Below, piece by piece: positions 26,019-40,039 of a stretch of DNA of 64,000 nt (position 1 is its first letter; each line of letters opens with the position of its first letter). The stretch is from Lama guanicoe. Its lineage: Eukaryota. Below the pieces are notes generated by a model, which saw only the letters and a program-made list of their open reading frames with translations, made no database searches and had not been told where the DNA came from. Location of the stretch: contig MU053487.1 of the NCBI GenBank assembly GCA_013239625.1, positions 1,321,058 to 1,385,057 of the forward strand. The letters are read 5' to 3'. The position numbers and the translations under genes were made by a program.

Positions 26019-27719
26019 CTTGGTTTCTTTTTGGTTTTTGTGACTCTGTTGTATGCTTTTGATTTGTGGTTACCCTTTTTTTCAAGTATATTAACCCATT
26101 ACTATATCTGTTTGCTTTAAACTGGTAGTTATATAAGCTCAAACACATCCTAAAAAGAATGAATAAAAGAAAAAAACGTATATTTTCTTGCTCCCCTCTC
26201 CCACCTTTTACAATTTTGATATCCTATTTTACATCTTCATGTTCATTCTCTTGCAGCTCATTATAGTTATCACATGGAAATATAAATTGTTAAATTGAGA
26301 CTATTCTAATGGATAGAAGGGACCAATGGCATTCTTCAGTTACCTAAGGTAAACAGGAAGGGATGTTTCTTGGCTATGTAGTCACTCAGGGACACAGGAA
26401 AAACTAATCTTAGGAGCAAGTTCAGAAACAACAATGGAGTCTAAGAGGGGTGGTGACTTCAAGTCCTTGTATGATGCTATCTTACTTGTTCTATTTTTTT
26501 TAATTCACCAGGGCCACTAAAGAAACATTCCTTTTTTTTTAAAGAAACAATGTATTTATTCATGGAACAAAATGAATAAATCACAAAATAATTATGTTAA
26601 TGAAATAATCTAGACAACATCACTATGTGCTGTATGATAACATTTATAAACTTTCAGGTAACAAAAATTTATACATAGCAACAAAAAGTACATCTGTGAT
26701 TTCCTGAAGCTAGGGTCAGAGGTGAAGTGAGATTGTAAAGGGGCATGATGAATCTGAATTATTCCATTTTAAGCCATCAATCTTTTAGCCATTGCTAGAA
26801 AAGTGTTCATCTGTTATTTTAGAATTCAAAGGTTTATTTTTCTACCCCCTAAATTTAGGGTCCAAGTGATTGTCTAGCCTTTTTTTTTTTTTAACCATTC
26901 TTAAAACTTATTTCTGGTAAAAGTTGTTTTTACTTTGCAGATGGTAAACTATCAAGTGCTACTAAAAGGATAATTATGCTAATCTACTATTTCCATAAAT
27001 ATGGGCTTCTGGATAATTTTTCTTTTAAGTGTTAATTTACTAACAGAGCAGACATGTCATATAATCAATAGAGCAGCATGTTGCTGCTATACTCACAAAG
27101 CAAAATGCAATATTTGCAAAAATTCTTAATAAAATCACTAGTCTACATAAGACAGGCCACGTTTCCAGAGTGATATCTCCAAATTAGTGCTTGCTCTATA
27201 AAAGGGATTTGATGTTCATAAACAAACAAATCATTCGAAAAGTACCTAGTAAATATGAACACACATCACTCTTCTCGAATATATTTAGTGAATAAATCAA
27301 GGTTTAGCTTAACAGGAAAGCAAGCAATTTGGTGAATAACAGTGTATCATCTCAATATTTACTAAGACCCTGTTGGTATGACAAATTCTCATTTATTTTA
27401 GATAGAGGAAAAAAGTGAGACTAAAATTTTCAGTGCACTAGATGTGCGAATAGTGGCGGTCTTCTGTATTTCCTTATTTGATCTTTCCAAAACCTGTCTC
27501 TAAGGGAGTTGTTATTATTTGCCTTTGACAAGTAAAGAATACTTGATCACAACAAATTCTTCAAGTCTCGTTTTGCTTGATAACTCTACAAATCTCAAGA
27601 AGTACATCTCCAGCTCCTTAAAATCCCCTCTTTCCTTGGCTTTGGAAATACTGCTCTCTCCTGGTAATTCTACCTCTCAGGGTCTTCTTATTCTTTTTCC
27701 CAGTCAGATTCCTGTTAGG

Positions 27720-28400
27720 TGCATAGTTGAAAGCTTTCCCAAAGAGATAGGGAACAAGAGTAGAGCATCTATGATCACCACTTCTACTGTGACTATACTA
27801 CAGCACCCAGCTAGTGCAATATGGCAAGAAAAAACATGAAATCAGTAATAATTGAGAAATAATATATATTTTTGTCTGATGATATTATTGTGAACATAGA
27901 AAAACACAAAAACATTAACAAACTATTAGAATTAATAAGTAAAGGTAGCAAGTTTACTATATTAAACTTACTATAAAATTAATTATAATTCTATCAGCAA
28001 CAAAAAATAGGAAATAAATTGCCTAAAAAATACCATTTCAATCACGTCAAACAGCTCAAATAAAAGAATAAATCTAATAGAAGTTGTGTAAGCCTCTGCC
28101 CCACAAACTACAGTCATATAAAGAAAAAAATTTTAAATCTAAATAAATAGATGGTCATGTCATGTTCAGATGTTGGAAAACTCAATACTGTTATGATGCA
28201 ACTCTCCAAAAAATTCATCTATGAACTTAATGAAATCTCAATCAGCATCCCAGCAGCATCGTTAGAAATTGACAGATCAATTCTAAAATGCAAAATGGAA
28301 TGCAAAAGTTCAAGACTATCAAGGCAAACTTGAAGAGGCAGAACTAATTTAGAATGATTATGCTACAGTCTATTACATATTAATTTAAAGCAAAATTTTT
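27720..28400 (+). mobile_element. Old L1M ORF2 fragment
   Basis: 'gaaagctttcccaaagagatagggaacaag', 'aaactattagaattaataag', 'gaaattgacagatcaattctaaaatg'. Confidence 0.8.
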
Positions 28401-28821
28401 ATACCCTTTTTTGTCCAGTTAATTCTCTGTCAAATTCTATATCTGACCTTAAATTCTAGACTTCTCAGAACCCCCAAACAGTTTGGTACCGTAATTCAAT
28501 ATTTTCCATTGTGCCAGTAATCATCCTTTTTTATATGTTTGTTATTTGTAATGCTTAAAAATATAAATATTTCAGTTATACAGAAAATCCTGTAATATGC
28601 ATACCAGAGCTAAGTAATCAGACTTAACAAATATTAATATGTATTATTAATTTTAGTATTAACGCTATAGTCTAATAATCTTATTATACCTGTATATTTA
28701 CATTTGTATATATCTAATCACATCTAGTGAGAAGAGCCTAAAGATGATGTGAAACATTCTACATTGTCAAACCCACAAAGAATTATCCAACCCTAAATGC
28801 CAATAGTGCCTTTGAGAAATC

Positions 28822-28823
<2 letters not shown>

Positions 28824-28856
<33 letters not shown>
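28824..28856. repeat. (CA)n microsatellite
   Basis: About 16 CA units visible. Confidence 0.95.
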
Positions 28857-28859
<3 letters not shown>

Positions 28860-31179
28860 TGTGTATACACATACATGTATTCTACAGTCTCATTCCTCCT
28901 TCGCCCTGAGGGCTGGGATTGTACCTCTAACATGCATTCTAATCTTTTATTTTTCCTTCTCTGTCTCCTGCTATATAATTCTCACTGCAAAAGGCTCACC
29001 TTTCCTATTTCCTTGCACTGAATAGTACAAAAACACTTGTAAGGAAGAGGACGGGATTGGTATTCTTTAAATATCTAGATGTTGTCAGATGCTTTACTTA
29101 GACTTACCTCACAATCCCATAAAATTAGCATGTTGATTTCCATTTTCTAAATGGGGAAATTGAGGTCAGAGGGATTTAGTAGCAGAAATCGGATACATAT
29201 CAGCATGATGATTTGAAGTGACAAATGCCTGCCTCCCAAGTTCGCTCCAGTACATCATGTTGTATGGTTGTTGTTAGGACCAAAAGGAGGTGTGGCTGGG
29301 ACGATTTACTATACTTTTATTATATAGTGTATTATAAAATTACAGGGAATTAGATCAAAGTGAGAAATTAGAGGTCAGCTCTATAAAAGATAAAAATGTG
29401 GGCTGAAGGCCAGGGACCCATTGGAAGAGAATAGGATTGTAGGAACTGGGATGGAGGAAATCTGGAAGGGAATTAGAAGAAAGGCCAGTCACTTCTTTTG
29501 TTGTTTGTGTTCTTTGTTTCACTCTTTTTGGAACCTTGAGATCTTGTTCCATCAGGTATAGTTTCTCTCTTTCTTTCCTTCTTTTGGCTCTTTTGTTTCT
29601 CTCTCACATAATCTAGCACATAATCTAGACAATTGGGATAATAAAAATTCATAGGGTGGCTGAAAAATGAAATGAATTAATATGTAGAAACCACTTGGCA
29701 GGACTCAGTAAGTGTTAGCTTTCATTATTGGTCGGGTAATTTTTATTAGTTTTCACTTAGGATGTTCCATATTCCTCCCAAATGAAGTTCTGGCCTCCAG
29801 AGTTGCCTACATCAATTATTCTACAGCATCTAGTTTATAAAGTTCCCATCAAATTTATCATATTCTTCCGTGTATTATAGTTGTATGAATTTTCATCGTT
29901 GCTATCCAGTGAGAGAGCAAGCTTCTTGCTGAGAGATGTTATATTTCAGATAACTGTACCAAGAACTATTGCACCAAGAAGAACATCAATAAATACTTGA
30001 TGAATGAACTAATGTATACCAGTAGAAACTATGTTACCTTTCACTCAGACAGACTTGAATTTAATGTCAGTTTCATCCCTCACTAAGTAGTTTTCTGTCT
30101 CATATATAAAACTAGAATAACAATGCAGAAACGAAGTGAGAATTAAATTTAAAAATGTGTGTGTACATGCAAATAACGGTACCTGGTGTATGAAGGTGAT
30201 AAATACATGTTAATGTACTTGCACGTTGCATAAATATTCGGTGAATATGTATAACATGTAAGAATGTTTTCTTCCATGGAAAGTGAAGGAGTCCATCAAT
30301 TTTCATTATCAATTTCTCTAAATTGTCCAGTATAAGAACTTGGGGAACATACTTTGGTATTGACACTCTGTTTTCTCTGTAATGTGTATTTTTTAATAGT
30401 TAATATCTGTACTGCACCATTTGCATATTTGGAACTCTTGGTTTATCAAAATATTCAGGATGGCTGATGAGTGCCCAGATGACTGTAATGAAGACAGCAT
30501 TAGAATATGTCACCACGTAACACTGACGACCTTTAGCGAGGAAGTAAGAGATGCTCAGTGTTTTCTCAAACCTTACTAACAAGATGACATTATTCAGATT
30601 TCTGTTTCAGTTGCTTAGTTACCAGTCTCTGTAAATCTTTTCATGTTGCTCGTAAGAGTTTTTTTTAAAGGAAGCATCCACAGTTTTCCACTTTTTTTTA
30701 ATGATGACACACATACATACAGACTGAAAGAATAAATCTCTCTTCACAGGGAAGGCATGATTGGAGAAAAGGAATTGTAGGTGATTGGAGGGAGTGACTT
30801 TATCTAGGTAAAATTCTGGGGAAAGAGAAGCTAATAGTTACAGAGTGTTTTGGAAGAGAGATGAAACAAAACCAAAGCAGGCATTTACCAGCAAGAGAAC
30901 ATGGATTGATACATCCTAACATCACTACAAACGAAACTGGTACACATTTATTAACAACAGAGATAAACTTCTGTTTGGACAGTGACTATTTATTTGATGA
31001 TTGTTTTGTTTATTGGGTGTTTTTCTCATTGGTTTGTCTGGAAAATCATTAAAGTTTCTATCCTCTGAACATCAGTTAAGTCACTTTTGGTCCACAGGCA
31101 ATAGAACTTGATTAATACCTCTGACTTAATTTTTTATTCTTATGTAACTGAGATTGAAATTAAAGGAGATAATAATATT

Positions 31180-31945
31180 CTTATTGTGGTAAACTACACA
31201 TAAATAAAAAATATGTTATTATCTTAACCATGTTTTAAGTGCACAGTTCAGTGGTATTAACTCTGTTCATATTATTGCAGGACCGTCACCACCATCCATC
31301 TCCAGAACACTTCTCAGGTAGCAAAACTTAGTCTCTATACCAATTAAATGACAAATCTCTATTTTCCCCTCTTCAGAGTCCCCAGTAACCACTGTTTTAC
31401 TTTTTGTCTCCTTTTTATCTACTTATGCTCTCAGTACTTCCTATAGGTGAAATAATACAATATTTGTCTTTTGTTGTTGATGTATTTCACTTAGCGTAAG
31501 TCCTCAAGGTTCATCCTTGTCATAGCAATTCTGATCATTTTATTCCTATTTAAGGTTGAATAATATTCCACCATATGCATATACCACATTTGGCTAACCC
31601 TTTCATCTGTTGATAGGCACTTGACTTCCTTCCACATGTTAGCTTTTGTCATTAATAACTGCTATGGACATGGATATACAAATATCTCTTCAAGACCCTG
31701 TTCTCAATCCTTTTTGGGTGTAACTCCAGAAGTGGAAATGCTAACGCACATCATTCTTTTATTTTCAGTGTTTTGAGAAACTACTCTACTGTTTTCCATA
31801 GAGGCTGTACCATTTTACATTTTACATTCCCACCAACAGTGCATAAATGTTCCAGTTTCTCCATATCTTCATCAATACTTGTCTTTCTTTCTTCTTCTTC
31901 TTCTTTTTTTTTTTTGTTTTTTTTTTTTTTTTTGATAGTTGCCTT
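31180..31945 (-). mobile_element. L1MB-type 3' end
   Basis: 'ttttaagtgcacagttcagtggtattaa', 'caccatccatctccagaac', 'aatatctcttcaagaccctg', 'cattcccaccaacagtgc'. Confidence 0.88.
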
Positions 31946-33114
31946 TCCAAGAGAACATCTGTACTTTTCTAAAAGTCTTCTTCTTCAGGTTCCATGGTTC
32001 TTAGACTGGGGGAATCAGGGCGTGCCAGCCTGAGAAAGTTTTCTCTTAGTACTGATGAAGAGGACTGGGCATACTAGGCAGACATTAAAGGACATTTAAG
32101 CCCAATAATATCTTTACCAACATACATACATCCCCTCACATTTACAGAGATAAAAGAGAGGAAATAGCCAGTCACACAGTATTTAAGAACAGTGAACAAG
32201 TATGAGACTTCCCAGAACATACAATTTCCCAACTAATAACAGTTTCATTCAATTTGTCAGGGATGATCGCTCGTCTGTCTCAGATAGTAAAAGATCATAG
32301 GCAGAGAAAGGTTTCCATTTAAACAATAAACTCTAGACACTCTTTCTAGGTAAATGACCTGAAATCTATTCTCTAATTATGAAAAATAGGAGACAGCAGC
32401 ACCACACGTTGAGCTCATCAGCACCCTGCATCTCCACTGGAGACAAAATTCAAAGATCATTCATCATTCCAATTGTATTAGCCACCATTTGTCTGCATTA
32501 TTTTAGCATTAACCTTTCTCACCTAATATCTTTCAACAGAATTTACTTTAAATAGCTCAGCGAGAAGATGGCTAACTTCTTTCAATTTATACATTTGGTG
32601 GGGGGTTAGAGGTGCATCTAAAGTGACACAAATTATGCATATTATCATTTAAGCTAAAAGATAACCAGTAAAGACTTGAGGATAGCTTGTATCTGATTGA
32701 TTTGTTTTAGGAGGGGATAAAAGAGACAACAGTATCACATATTGTATGTGATACTTGTATATGTGGGTATATATGACATACAAACTCCAGTGCATAATAT
32801 AAAGCATGTAAAATTGATACAAATATGGATGCAAGGGCCAAAATTTAGCTATCAATTATTTTTTCCCAAGTGAAGACTAAGTTGGCTTCTTTTGCCAAAA
32901 TAATAACTTTTGTAATCCTTTCTATCTCCTTCTTATTTAATTAGAGAAGAGGTGACTTGTTGATGGAAGGATTTCCTGTCTCTTAAAGTACTGTTAGGGA
33001 GATAGGACTTACTAGATAGCACAGGTGTGCAACTGATGCCTTAGTCTGGTATGAAAAACAGGCAAAAGAAATAGAAGCTCTAATTAAAAGCTTTTGGAGG
33101 ATTTAGAGTACAAT

Positions 33115-33353
33115 CTCTTAAGGCACACTTTTTTTTCTAAAAGGACAAATAGTAAATGTTCTATTCAGTTTCTAATTCAGTTCTATGGACCATGCTGTCT
33201 TTGTCACAATTACTCAATTCTGCCGTTGCAGCTCCAGAAATGTCATAGATGATGTATAAATGAATGGATGTGGCTGTGTTCCAATAAAACTTTATTTACA
33301 GAAGCATAAGGTGGGCAGGATTTGGCCTGTGGGTCACAATTTGCTAACTCCTG
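33115..33353 (+). mobile_element. MER58A hAT-Charlie MITE
   Basis: 'aaatagtaaat...tactcaattctgccgttgcagc...atggatgtggctgtgttccaataaaactttatttacagaa...ggatttggcctgtggg...tttgctaactcctg'. Confidence 0.88.
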
Positions 33354-33932
33354 TTCTATCCTATGGCATGTTGCCACCTTCTGTAGTAAAAAATATTTTA
33401 TATTTTTCATCCCAGGAGACAGGCAACAAAGAATGAAATAAACCTGGATTGGAAATACAGGAAGCTTGAGTGACATAGAGGTTGTGTTAGTAAAAAATAT
33501 GCCTATTGCATTCACAATTAATACAGTGAGTGTCTGTGTGAAAATATGGTTCCTTTACCTGTGCCATGTACAATGTATGTCAAGGTCATAGAGAGGTTAT
33601 TGGAGAATCAAACATCGAGCATAACCCTTACCCCTACCAGATTTACACTTAACCAGATATTTATGATGGGCCTTAGGACAGGATGCTCAAGACATTAATA
33701 ATCCAGTGCACTTAGTATGTCTTGAAGATAACAAGTCCAAAGGAGAAGGTACAGTGTCTCCAGGCTTATGCTGTCCTTTGTGTCCTTGTTGTGAGAATGG
33801 AGAGGTTCAGAATACATGTGTGTCTGCTGTAGTGCCATACATGAATGTGTGAAGGTGTGTGTATCTGTGTATCCATATCTCTGTGTATTTGTGTACATCT
33901 GTGTGTATGCATACTTGTGTATATTTAAATAC

Positions 33933-34156
33933 ACAGTTACCTTTGCACAATGCAGGGCTTAGGGGTACCAACCCCCTGCACAATTGAAAATCCGAGTATA
34001 ACTTATAGTTGACCCTCAGTATACAGGGTCCCTCCATATCCACTGTTCTGCATCTGTAGATTCAACCAACCATGAATGCTGTAGTACTGTGGTATTTACT
34101 GGTGGAAAAAAGCGGACCCCTACCAATTCCACCAGTGTTGTTCAAGAGTTATTTGT
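33933..34156 (+). mobile_element. Tigger2-derived MITE (MER8/Tigger2a-like)
   Basis: 'cagttacctttgcacaatgcagggcttagggg...gaaaatccgagtataacttatag...gattcaaccaacc...gtgttgttcaagagt'. Confidence 0.8.
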
Positions 34157-34599
34157 GTGTATTTGTTCCAGAAAAATCTCTGCAGTACAGCAGACTAAAA
34201 TTTACAGAGCTTTTGGAGAAAATAAAGTAGATGAAAATCATTAAAACCCTATGAAACTTTGTAACCTCAACACTGGAAAAATTTTAAAAATCAAAATAAA
34301 ACAAAAACCTAGCACAGTTAAATCTTTACTGTCATCAACATCATTATCTCAAATATGTCAACCACCAGATCCTTTGCAACCTTAAACTGGGCTTCGTCCT
34401 TCAAAATGAGGTCTTTGAGGTCACTGACTTGGAAGAAAGTTTCTTTAAAACTAAAAATCTAATCTAGAATGTCGGTGTTTTCACATTCAATTATTTTAAT
34501 CCTGGGGGAAATATCTTCGCAGTTTCTCCGTCTGTATTCCCAGGTTCTGCATATAATGTAACAATGGAAAGTGTGGCAGGTTTCAAGCCACTAAAACAA

Positions 34600-35145
34600 T
34601 TGTATTTGTTTTCTGTTGCTGTGTAATTAATTATCACAAATTTAAGGATTTGAGACAAGGCACATTTATTACCTCACAACTTCTGTGGATCAGAGGCTGA
34701 CCAGCTAAGCTAGGTTCTCTGCCCAGGGTCTCAGGAGACTGCAGTCCAGGGGTCAGCCAGGTTGTGTTTCTTTGGGCAGCTTGGGATCCTCTTCCAAGCT
34801 CACATGACTGTTGGCAGAATTTAGTTCCTTGTAATTACAGGGCTGAGGACCCCTTCTTTTTACTGGCTGTGTTTGTGGGCTGCTCTCAGCTTCTAGGGGC
34901 TGCGCATAACTCCTTACCATGTGACTCAGCCCCGCTCACTACACTGCAGTTCCTTCTAGGTTGGAAGGAGAATCTCTACTCCAGTGTCCTAAGAGGAAGT
35001 CTTACATGACATAACATAATCACTGGAAATACTATCCCATCACCTTTAAGATACTCTGTTTGCTTGAAGAAAGTAACAGGTTCCAATCACATTCAAGAGG
35101 AAAGGATTGTATAAATCTGTAAGTCACTGGGGACGACTGTAGTGT
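34600..35145 (-). mobile_element. MLT1 (MLT1E/F-like) MaLR solo LTR
   Basis: 'tgtatttgttttctgttgctgtgtaa...cacatttattacctcacaacttctgtggatcag...ttggcagaatttagttccttgtaatt...cccatcacctt'. Confidence 0.8.
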
Positions 35146-35688
35146 GCATTGGCAATACCAGCCAGCCACTACTTTCACTAAGAGAAGGTACTTTTGTAGG
35201 ACTTGCGCCATTTCAGATTTGTTTTGATATATTGCTGAGTCTTTCTCTTTACATGTGAGGAAATCTACCCTTGAATGTTTCAGGTCACTAAAATGTATTG
35301 CAGAAAACTTTGTATGACCCAGCATACTTTTCATATTATGATCACATCCCTCCTCTGTTTACCAACTGGGTGTGAGGTAATTTGGATTAAAAAATGCAGC
35401 AGTGAAACAGTTGTATTTGTCCCACCCTATACTCCAGATAGACTCTGAGTCCTAATGTAACGAGAGAGTGAGTGACAAAAACTGAAAATTTGTCAGGCAG
35501 TGGGTATCATTGGGTTGGATGGGATGAGGTAGGATATGTCTTGGGGTTCACTGGCTTGACTTGTTTCATACTCCCTTTATTGTGAGGATTATGAGGATGG
35601 AAGGAGTTTTGGGGGCCAAGAAGGTATGTTGCAGGATGTAGGGCTATATCCTAGATACAGTATGAGAAAAATTTAAACACAGTGTTAC

Positions 35689-35876
35689 TTTTTTCTTTTT
35701 TTTTTAAACTGTTTTAACATTTGTTTTTGTTTTTGTTTTTGTTTTTGTTTTTGTTTTGTGGGGGAGTACTTAGGTTTACTTATTTGTTTTATTTTTAGAG
35801 AAAGTGCTGGGGATTGAACCCAGGACCTTGTGTACACTACACATGCACTCTACCACTTGAGCTATACCCTCCCCCC
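35689..35876 (-). mobile_element. Camelid Vic-1-type SINE with (TTTTTG)n tail
   Basis: 'gtgctggggattgaacccaggacc...taccacttgagctataccctcccc'. Confidence 0.9.
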
Positions 35877-38639
35877 TTCTTTTTTAAATGACTATATTTT
35901 TAATGCATGGCTGTGGAAATTGAGGAAACATAAATACCTTTTGTATTAATTCTTGTGTTTCAGGTTAATAATGTTAATAAATAAGGAAATATCAGTTCTT
36001 TAGCCTTCCTTCCTCAGTTCTCCCTTGTGAATGGTTTTATATATAGCTGATGTTTATTTTTTATCCAATCTCTAAATATCTGTTTTATAAATGGCATCTT
36101 TAATTCCTTAATATTAATGATAATTGTTAATATATCTAGATTCAATTATACCATATAATTTTGTCCTTTCATTTACCAGGCTTCCTGTTTACCTGGTTCG
36201 CTCATTTTCTTGTCTGGTTTCTGTTTTTTTTTTTTTTTTTTTTTTGTATTTTTTTTTTTTTTTTTTTTCTGTAGGAAAACTTACACACATTTTAGTGACT
36301 ATGCCTTTTAAAGTAATCTCTTTTTATTTGCTATTGTGATAATTTTTCTCTGTATTTGTGTGCAATTCATACAGTTGTAGATTTATTATTTATACTGCTT
36401 GAAACTCAGGGTATCTCTTAAACACAAGAATTCCTGCAATTAATTTTCAAAAACCCTACCCATTGTCTCTCTGATTACTGTCACAGCATTGTAACTTCTC
36501 TTTCTAGGCTCTGTGTATTTGAGTCTTTCTTCTGTACTTTTGTCCTCCCCTCTCTGTACACTGTGTTTCAGTTTTGATTTTTCTTCTAAAGAAATTCAAT
36601 GCAATTTAAAAAAAAAAATCTGCCTCTTCCCTTTTGTCATGATGTCTTTTCATGTCTTTAGTTTCAATAATTCCTTTTATTTCTTCAATCATTTAAAACA
36701 GAAATTTATTATATTTTCATACAGATCCTACACTCGGGGTTGGATACCTCAGGAGAACGTTTTAAATCAGTTCCACAGGAGAAATACAGAAGAGAAGATT
36801 CCTCGGTCAACCTGTGCTAGCAGGTAGGCATTTTTTTCCCCTAGTTCCTGTGTCCCTTTGTAGGTTCCAGTTTTGGACAGGGGTCTCAATTCCAAGAGCA
36901 CACCCGGAGGAAGCCCCTGTTTCCTGTCCACACAACATACAAGGGCGCTGAAACCCAAAATCAAATTTGACAGAGGCAAGGACCTACCTGCCTTTCTTCC
37001 TTCCTCTCCAGCCCCCAGGGCAGTAATAATAAATAGATGCTTAGAGCTCTGGTGTTCATTTTCTTTTCTTTTCAGCACCTGGTGATTTACTTTTCTTATT
37101 TAACTGCTCTTTTATGCCTTTAAAATATGTTTTTGTTATGTTTTACCTGGCCTACCTAAGTATTCGTGGCAAGAGTACTTTCAGATCATCTGAGTGGAAA
37201 CATTCTTTGTCATTTTTCTGCTTAAAACACGCTAAATTAACATTATTTTGCAAATTTCTTTGCTGTCTGTATTCCTGGGAGGTGACCCTCTCCCTTGTCT
37301 ACTAACTTTAATATTAGTGCATTTCTTCAAGTGCTTCGTATGTTTCTGCAGTCTCCCCTTCCGCTGGTCTTGTTTTCAAGGTCTTTATGCTGAGCTGCGG
37401 GGATGTTCCTAGGGCTTAGATTCGAGCTTTCGTCTACAGAGGCCGTATATATTTTATAGGGCTGATTTTCGGTTAATGTCTTGGCTTGGGGTATTCAGTT
37501 TTAGTCACTGAGGTGGGCACTCTGCACCTCAGGCTAGTGCAGACCTGTGTCTCCCAGCCTTGGCCTGATGCAGTGTCTCTAGACCCCTTACCAACCAGGA
37601 CATTCATGGTGTTGCTGCTGCTCCTTCTTGTCTTCTTTCCTAGTGTTCATGGGGGAAAAAGTATTACTTCTCCACTTTATGTGGGTTTCCTGTGAGTGTC
37701 CCACCCAAGATACGTATCTGTTTCCAGTAAACTGAGTTTCTTTTGGCTTCATCTCCCACTTAGAGTGATGGTTTAGAGGTCCACTATCACTAGTGGTGCT
37801 TTGAATTTCCTACTTGCTTCAGAGACTGTGTATCTTATAAATATTTCTTGTTTTATTTTACCTGGCATTTATATGTGTAAGGAGTTGGGAGGGAGACAGA
37901 GGCTTCCCGTTCAACTCAGTTTGCATACTAACCAACCATTAAAATGTAGTGAATAAGGAAAAGCACCTATAAGAAACCACAAAGAGGCGACTCCTGCTTC
38001 CAAGAAGATTGTTGTAAGTACTGGCAGCTCGTCCATCCTACATCTAAAAAAGCCCCAAAGCTACAAACCCAGGTACATCACATCATTAAAGAAACCATCT
38101 TAAAGATGTAGAAGCAAAGGCAGGGAGACTCTTCCTGGGTGAGCTGACTGAATTAATCATTGCCAAATCCAGATATGGGTGGAGACTCAATTTGTCACAG
38201 CTAGTGTGTCTTTACTAGGAAAACAATGAACTAGCAGAAATGTGATAGCTACCTAGGCTGGCGTGGCAGAGTGAAACCTAGAACATAGCTAGTTATCTCC
38301 AAAACGCTTTTACTGGGACCAGGGGCAGCACGGGACACTGGAAGCCTAGAATAGAAAAACAGGTCAAAGTCTGTCTCAGGGTCTGTATGAAGGACACAAA
38401 GCCTCAGTAGAAGGGGAGCCTAAAAGGGAGTTAAAGGGAGTTTCTTTAAACTCATCATAGGTGTTTGTCTCTGGAGAGAGAAAACCAGAGGTGAAGGCAG
38501 TCCAACTAAACCTGCAGCCATCCTCCCTCTGGCTCAGCTATGGATTGAATAGAGGTGATCAGCCACCAACCCTCTCTCCTTGATGAAGTAAACAGTAAAT
38601 TCTGTGTGTGAGGGTGAGAGAGGAGTCATGCGGAGCCTT

Positions 38640-39800
38640 TTCTTTGACCACAGTGAAATTAAAATAGAAATCAGTAGCTGAAAGTAAGTTTGGAAAACAA
38701 GAAACACATTTCTAAAAAAGCCTCTTGATCCAAAAAAAAAAAATTCACAGAGAATTCTTTTAAATTTTGAATAAAAGAAAAAAATTTAGGTTCCATATCA
38801 AAACTTGAGGGAATGTGGCTAAATTTATAACTGTAAATACATATATGAGAAAAGTAGAAAATCAGTTATTAGAACTCATCTTAGGAAACTAGAAGAATAA
38901 GAGCAAACTCAATATCAAAAATTGAAGGAAAGAAAGAAGAAAGATTAGAGCAGAAATAAATAAAATAGAACACAGACATGCAATTTAGTGAGCAAAGATT
39001 AAAGTAATAAAAGTAGTAACATTGAAAAGCACCTGGCTGAACTATTCAGGAAAAAAGAAAGGCAACACAAATTTCCAGTATCAGGAATGAAAAAAGAAAC
39101 ATCACACTGCAGAAGTTCCAGACATTAAAAAGTTAGTGAAATATATTACACATGACCTTATGCTTACTATTCAAAAAATGAGTGAATTGAAAAAAAAATC
39201 TTTGAAACAACTGAACTTACTACATGGATAAGAAGAAATAGAAAATGTGACTATTCCTAAACCTCTTTAAAAAACAAATTAATTTAAGATCTTTTCTATA
39301 AAGAAAACTTCAAGATGAGATATCTACCCTGGTGAATTTTTTTAATCATGTAAGAAAAAAATAGTACCAAATCTTTTACAAAATCTTTCAGGAAATAAAT
39401 AGAGAGAACATACTTCCCCGCTTACTTTATAAAGCTGGAATAATGCAGACGTAAGAATTTGACAAGGATATTGTAACAGAAGAAAATTGGAGGCTGATCT
39501 ATCTCAGGAAAATATACAAAGACTCCAAAGTATCATCAAATTATAATGAAATTTAATCAAAATATTATCAAAATTATATATAAAGATATTATCATGACTC
39601 AAATGACATTTATTTCAGGAATTCCAGGATTGATTTAACATTTCAAAAGTGATCGATGATATTAATCACATTAACAGAATAAAGGTAAATAAATCTAACC
39701 AATTCAACAGATGGAGGAAAATGGTTTGATTCAAAATCAATTAACAACAAACCTTCCAGCAAAGTAGTAAATTTTAAATTAAAAAATGAAACCTTGTTCA
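38640..39800 (+). mobile_element. Old L1M ORF2 fragment
   Basis: 'gaccacagtgaaattaaaatagaaatcagt', 'gaaactagaagaataagagcaaac', 'tatcaggaatgaaa', 'tttatttcaggaattccaggattgatttaacatt'. Confidence 0.85.
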
Positions 39801-40039
39801 TGTGACACTCAGAAGCTTGAAATTTCTTTTTATTCTGGTAAAGTTGAAAGTCGTGCATTGTGACCTTTGATCTTTACTTAGCATTTTGACAGCCTCAGAT
39901 GTCACTGGACTCAATTATCTCACAGAATCCTCACCACAATCAGGCAAATTTGTCCAATTCAATTCAATTCACCTTTATGGGCATTCACTTACCACCAAAT
40001 TGCCAGCACTGGACTTTTAATATAATTGTCATCAGTATA

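Larger units (their letters stand above)
21666..26273 (-). mobile_element. 5'-truncated L1 (~4.6 kb): 3'UTR, ORF2 and inter-ORF region
   Basis: Continuous L1 homology; approximate TSD tggaaattaaatt / tggaaatataaatt at the two ends. Confidence 0.95.
20300..26450 (+). mobile_element. Probable ancient MamGyp-type LTR split into three pieces (~20300-20595, 21268-21660, 26275-26450) by younger insertions
   Basis: Purine-rich LTR-like sequence resumes across two TSD-flanked insertions; the 3' piece 'gtcactcagggacacaggaaaaact...gagcaagttcagaaacaacaatggag' resembles MamGypLTR ends. Family call from memory. Confidence 0.4.
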
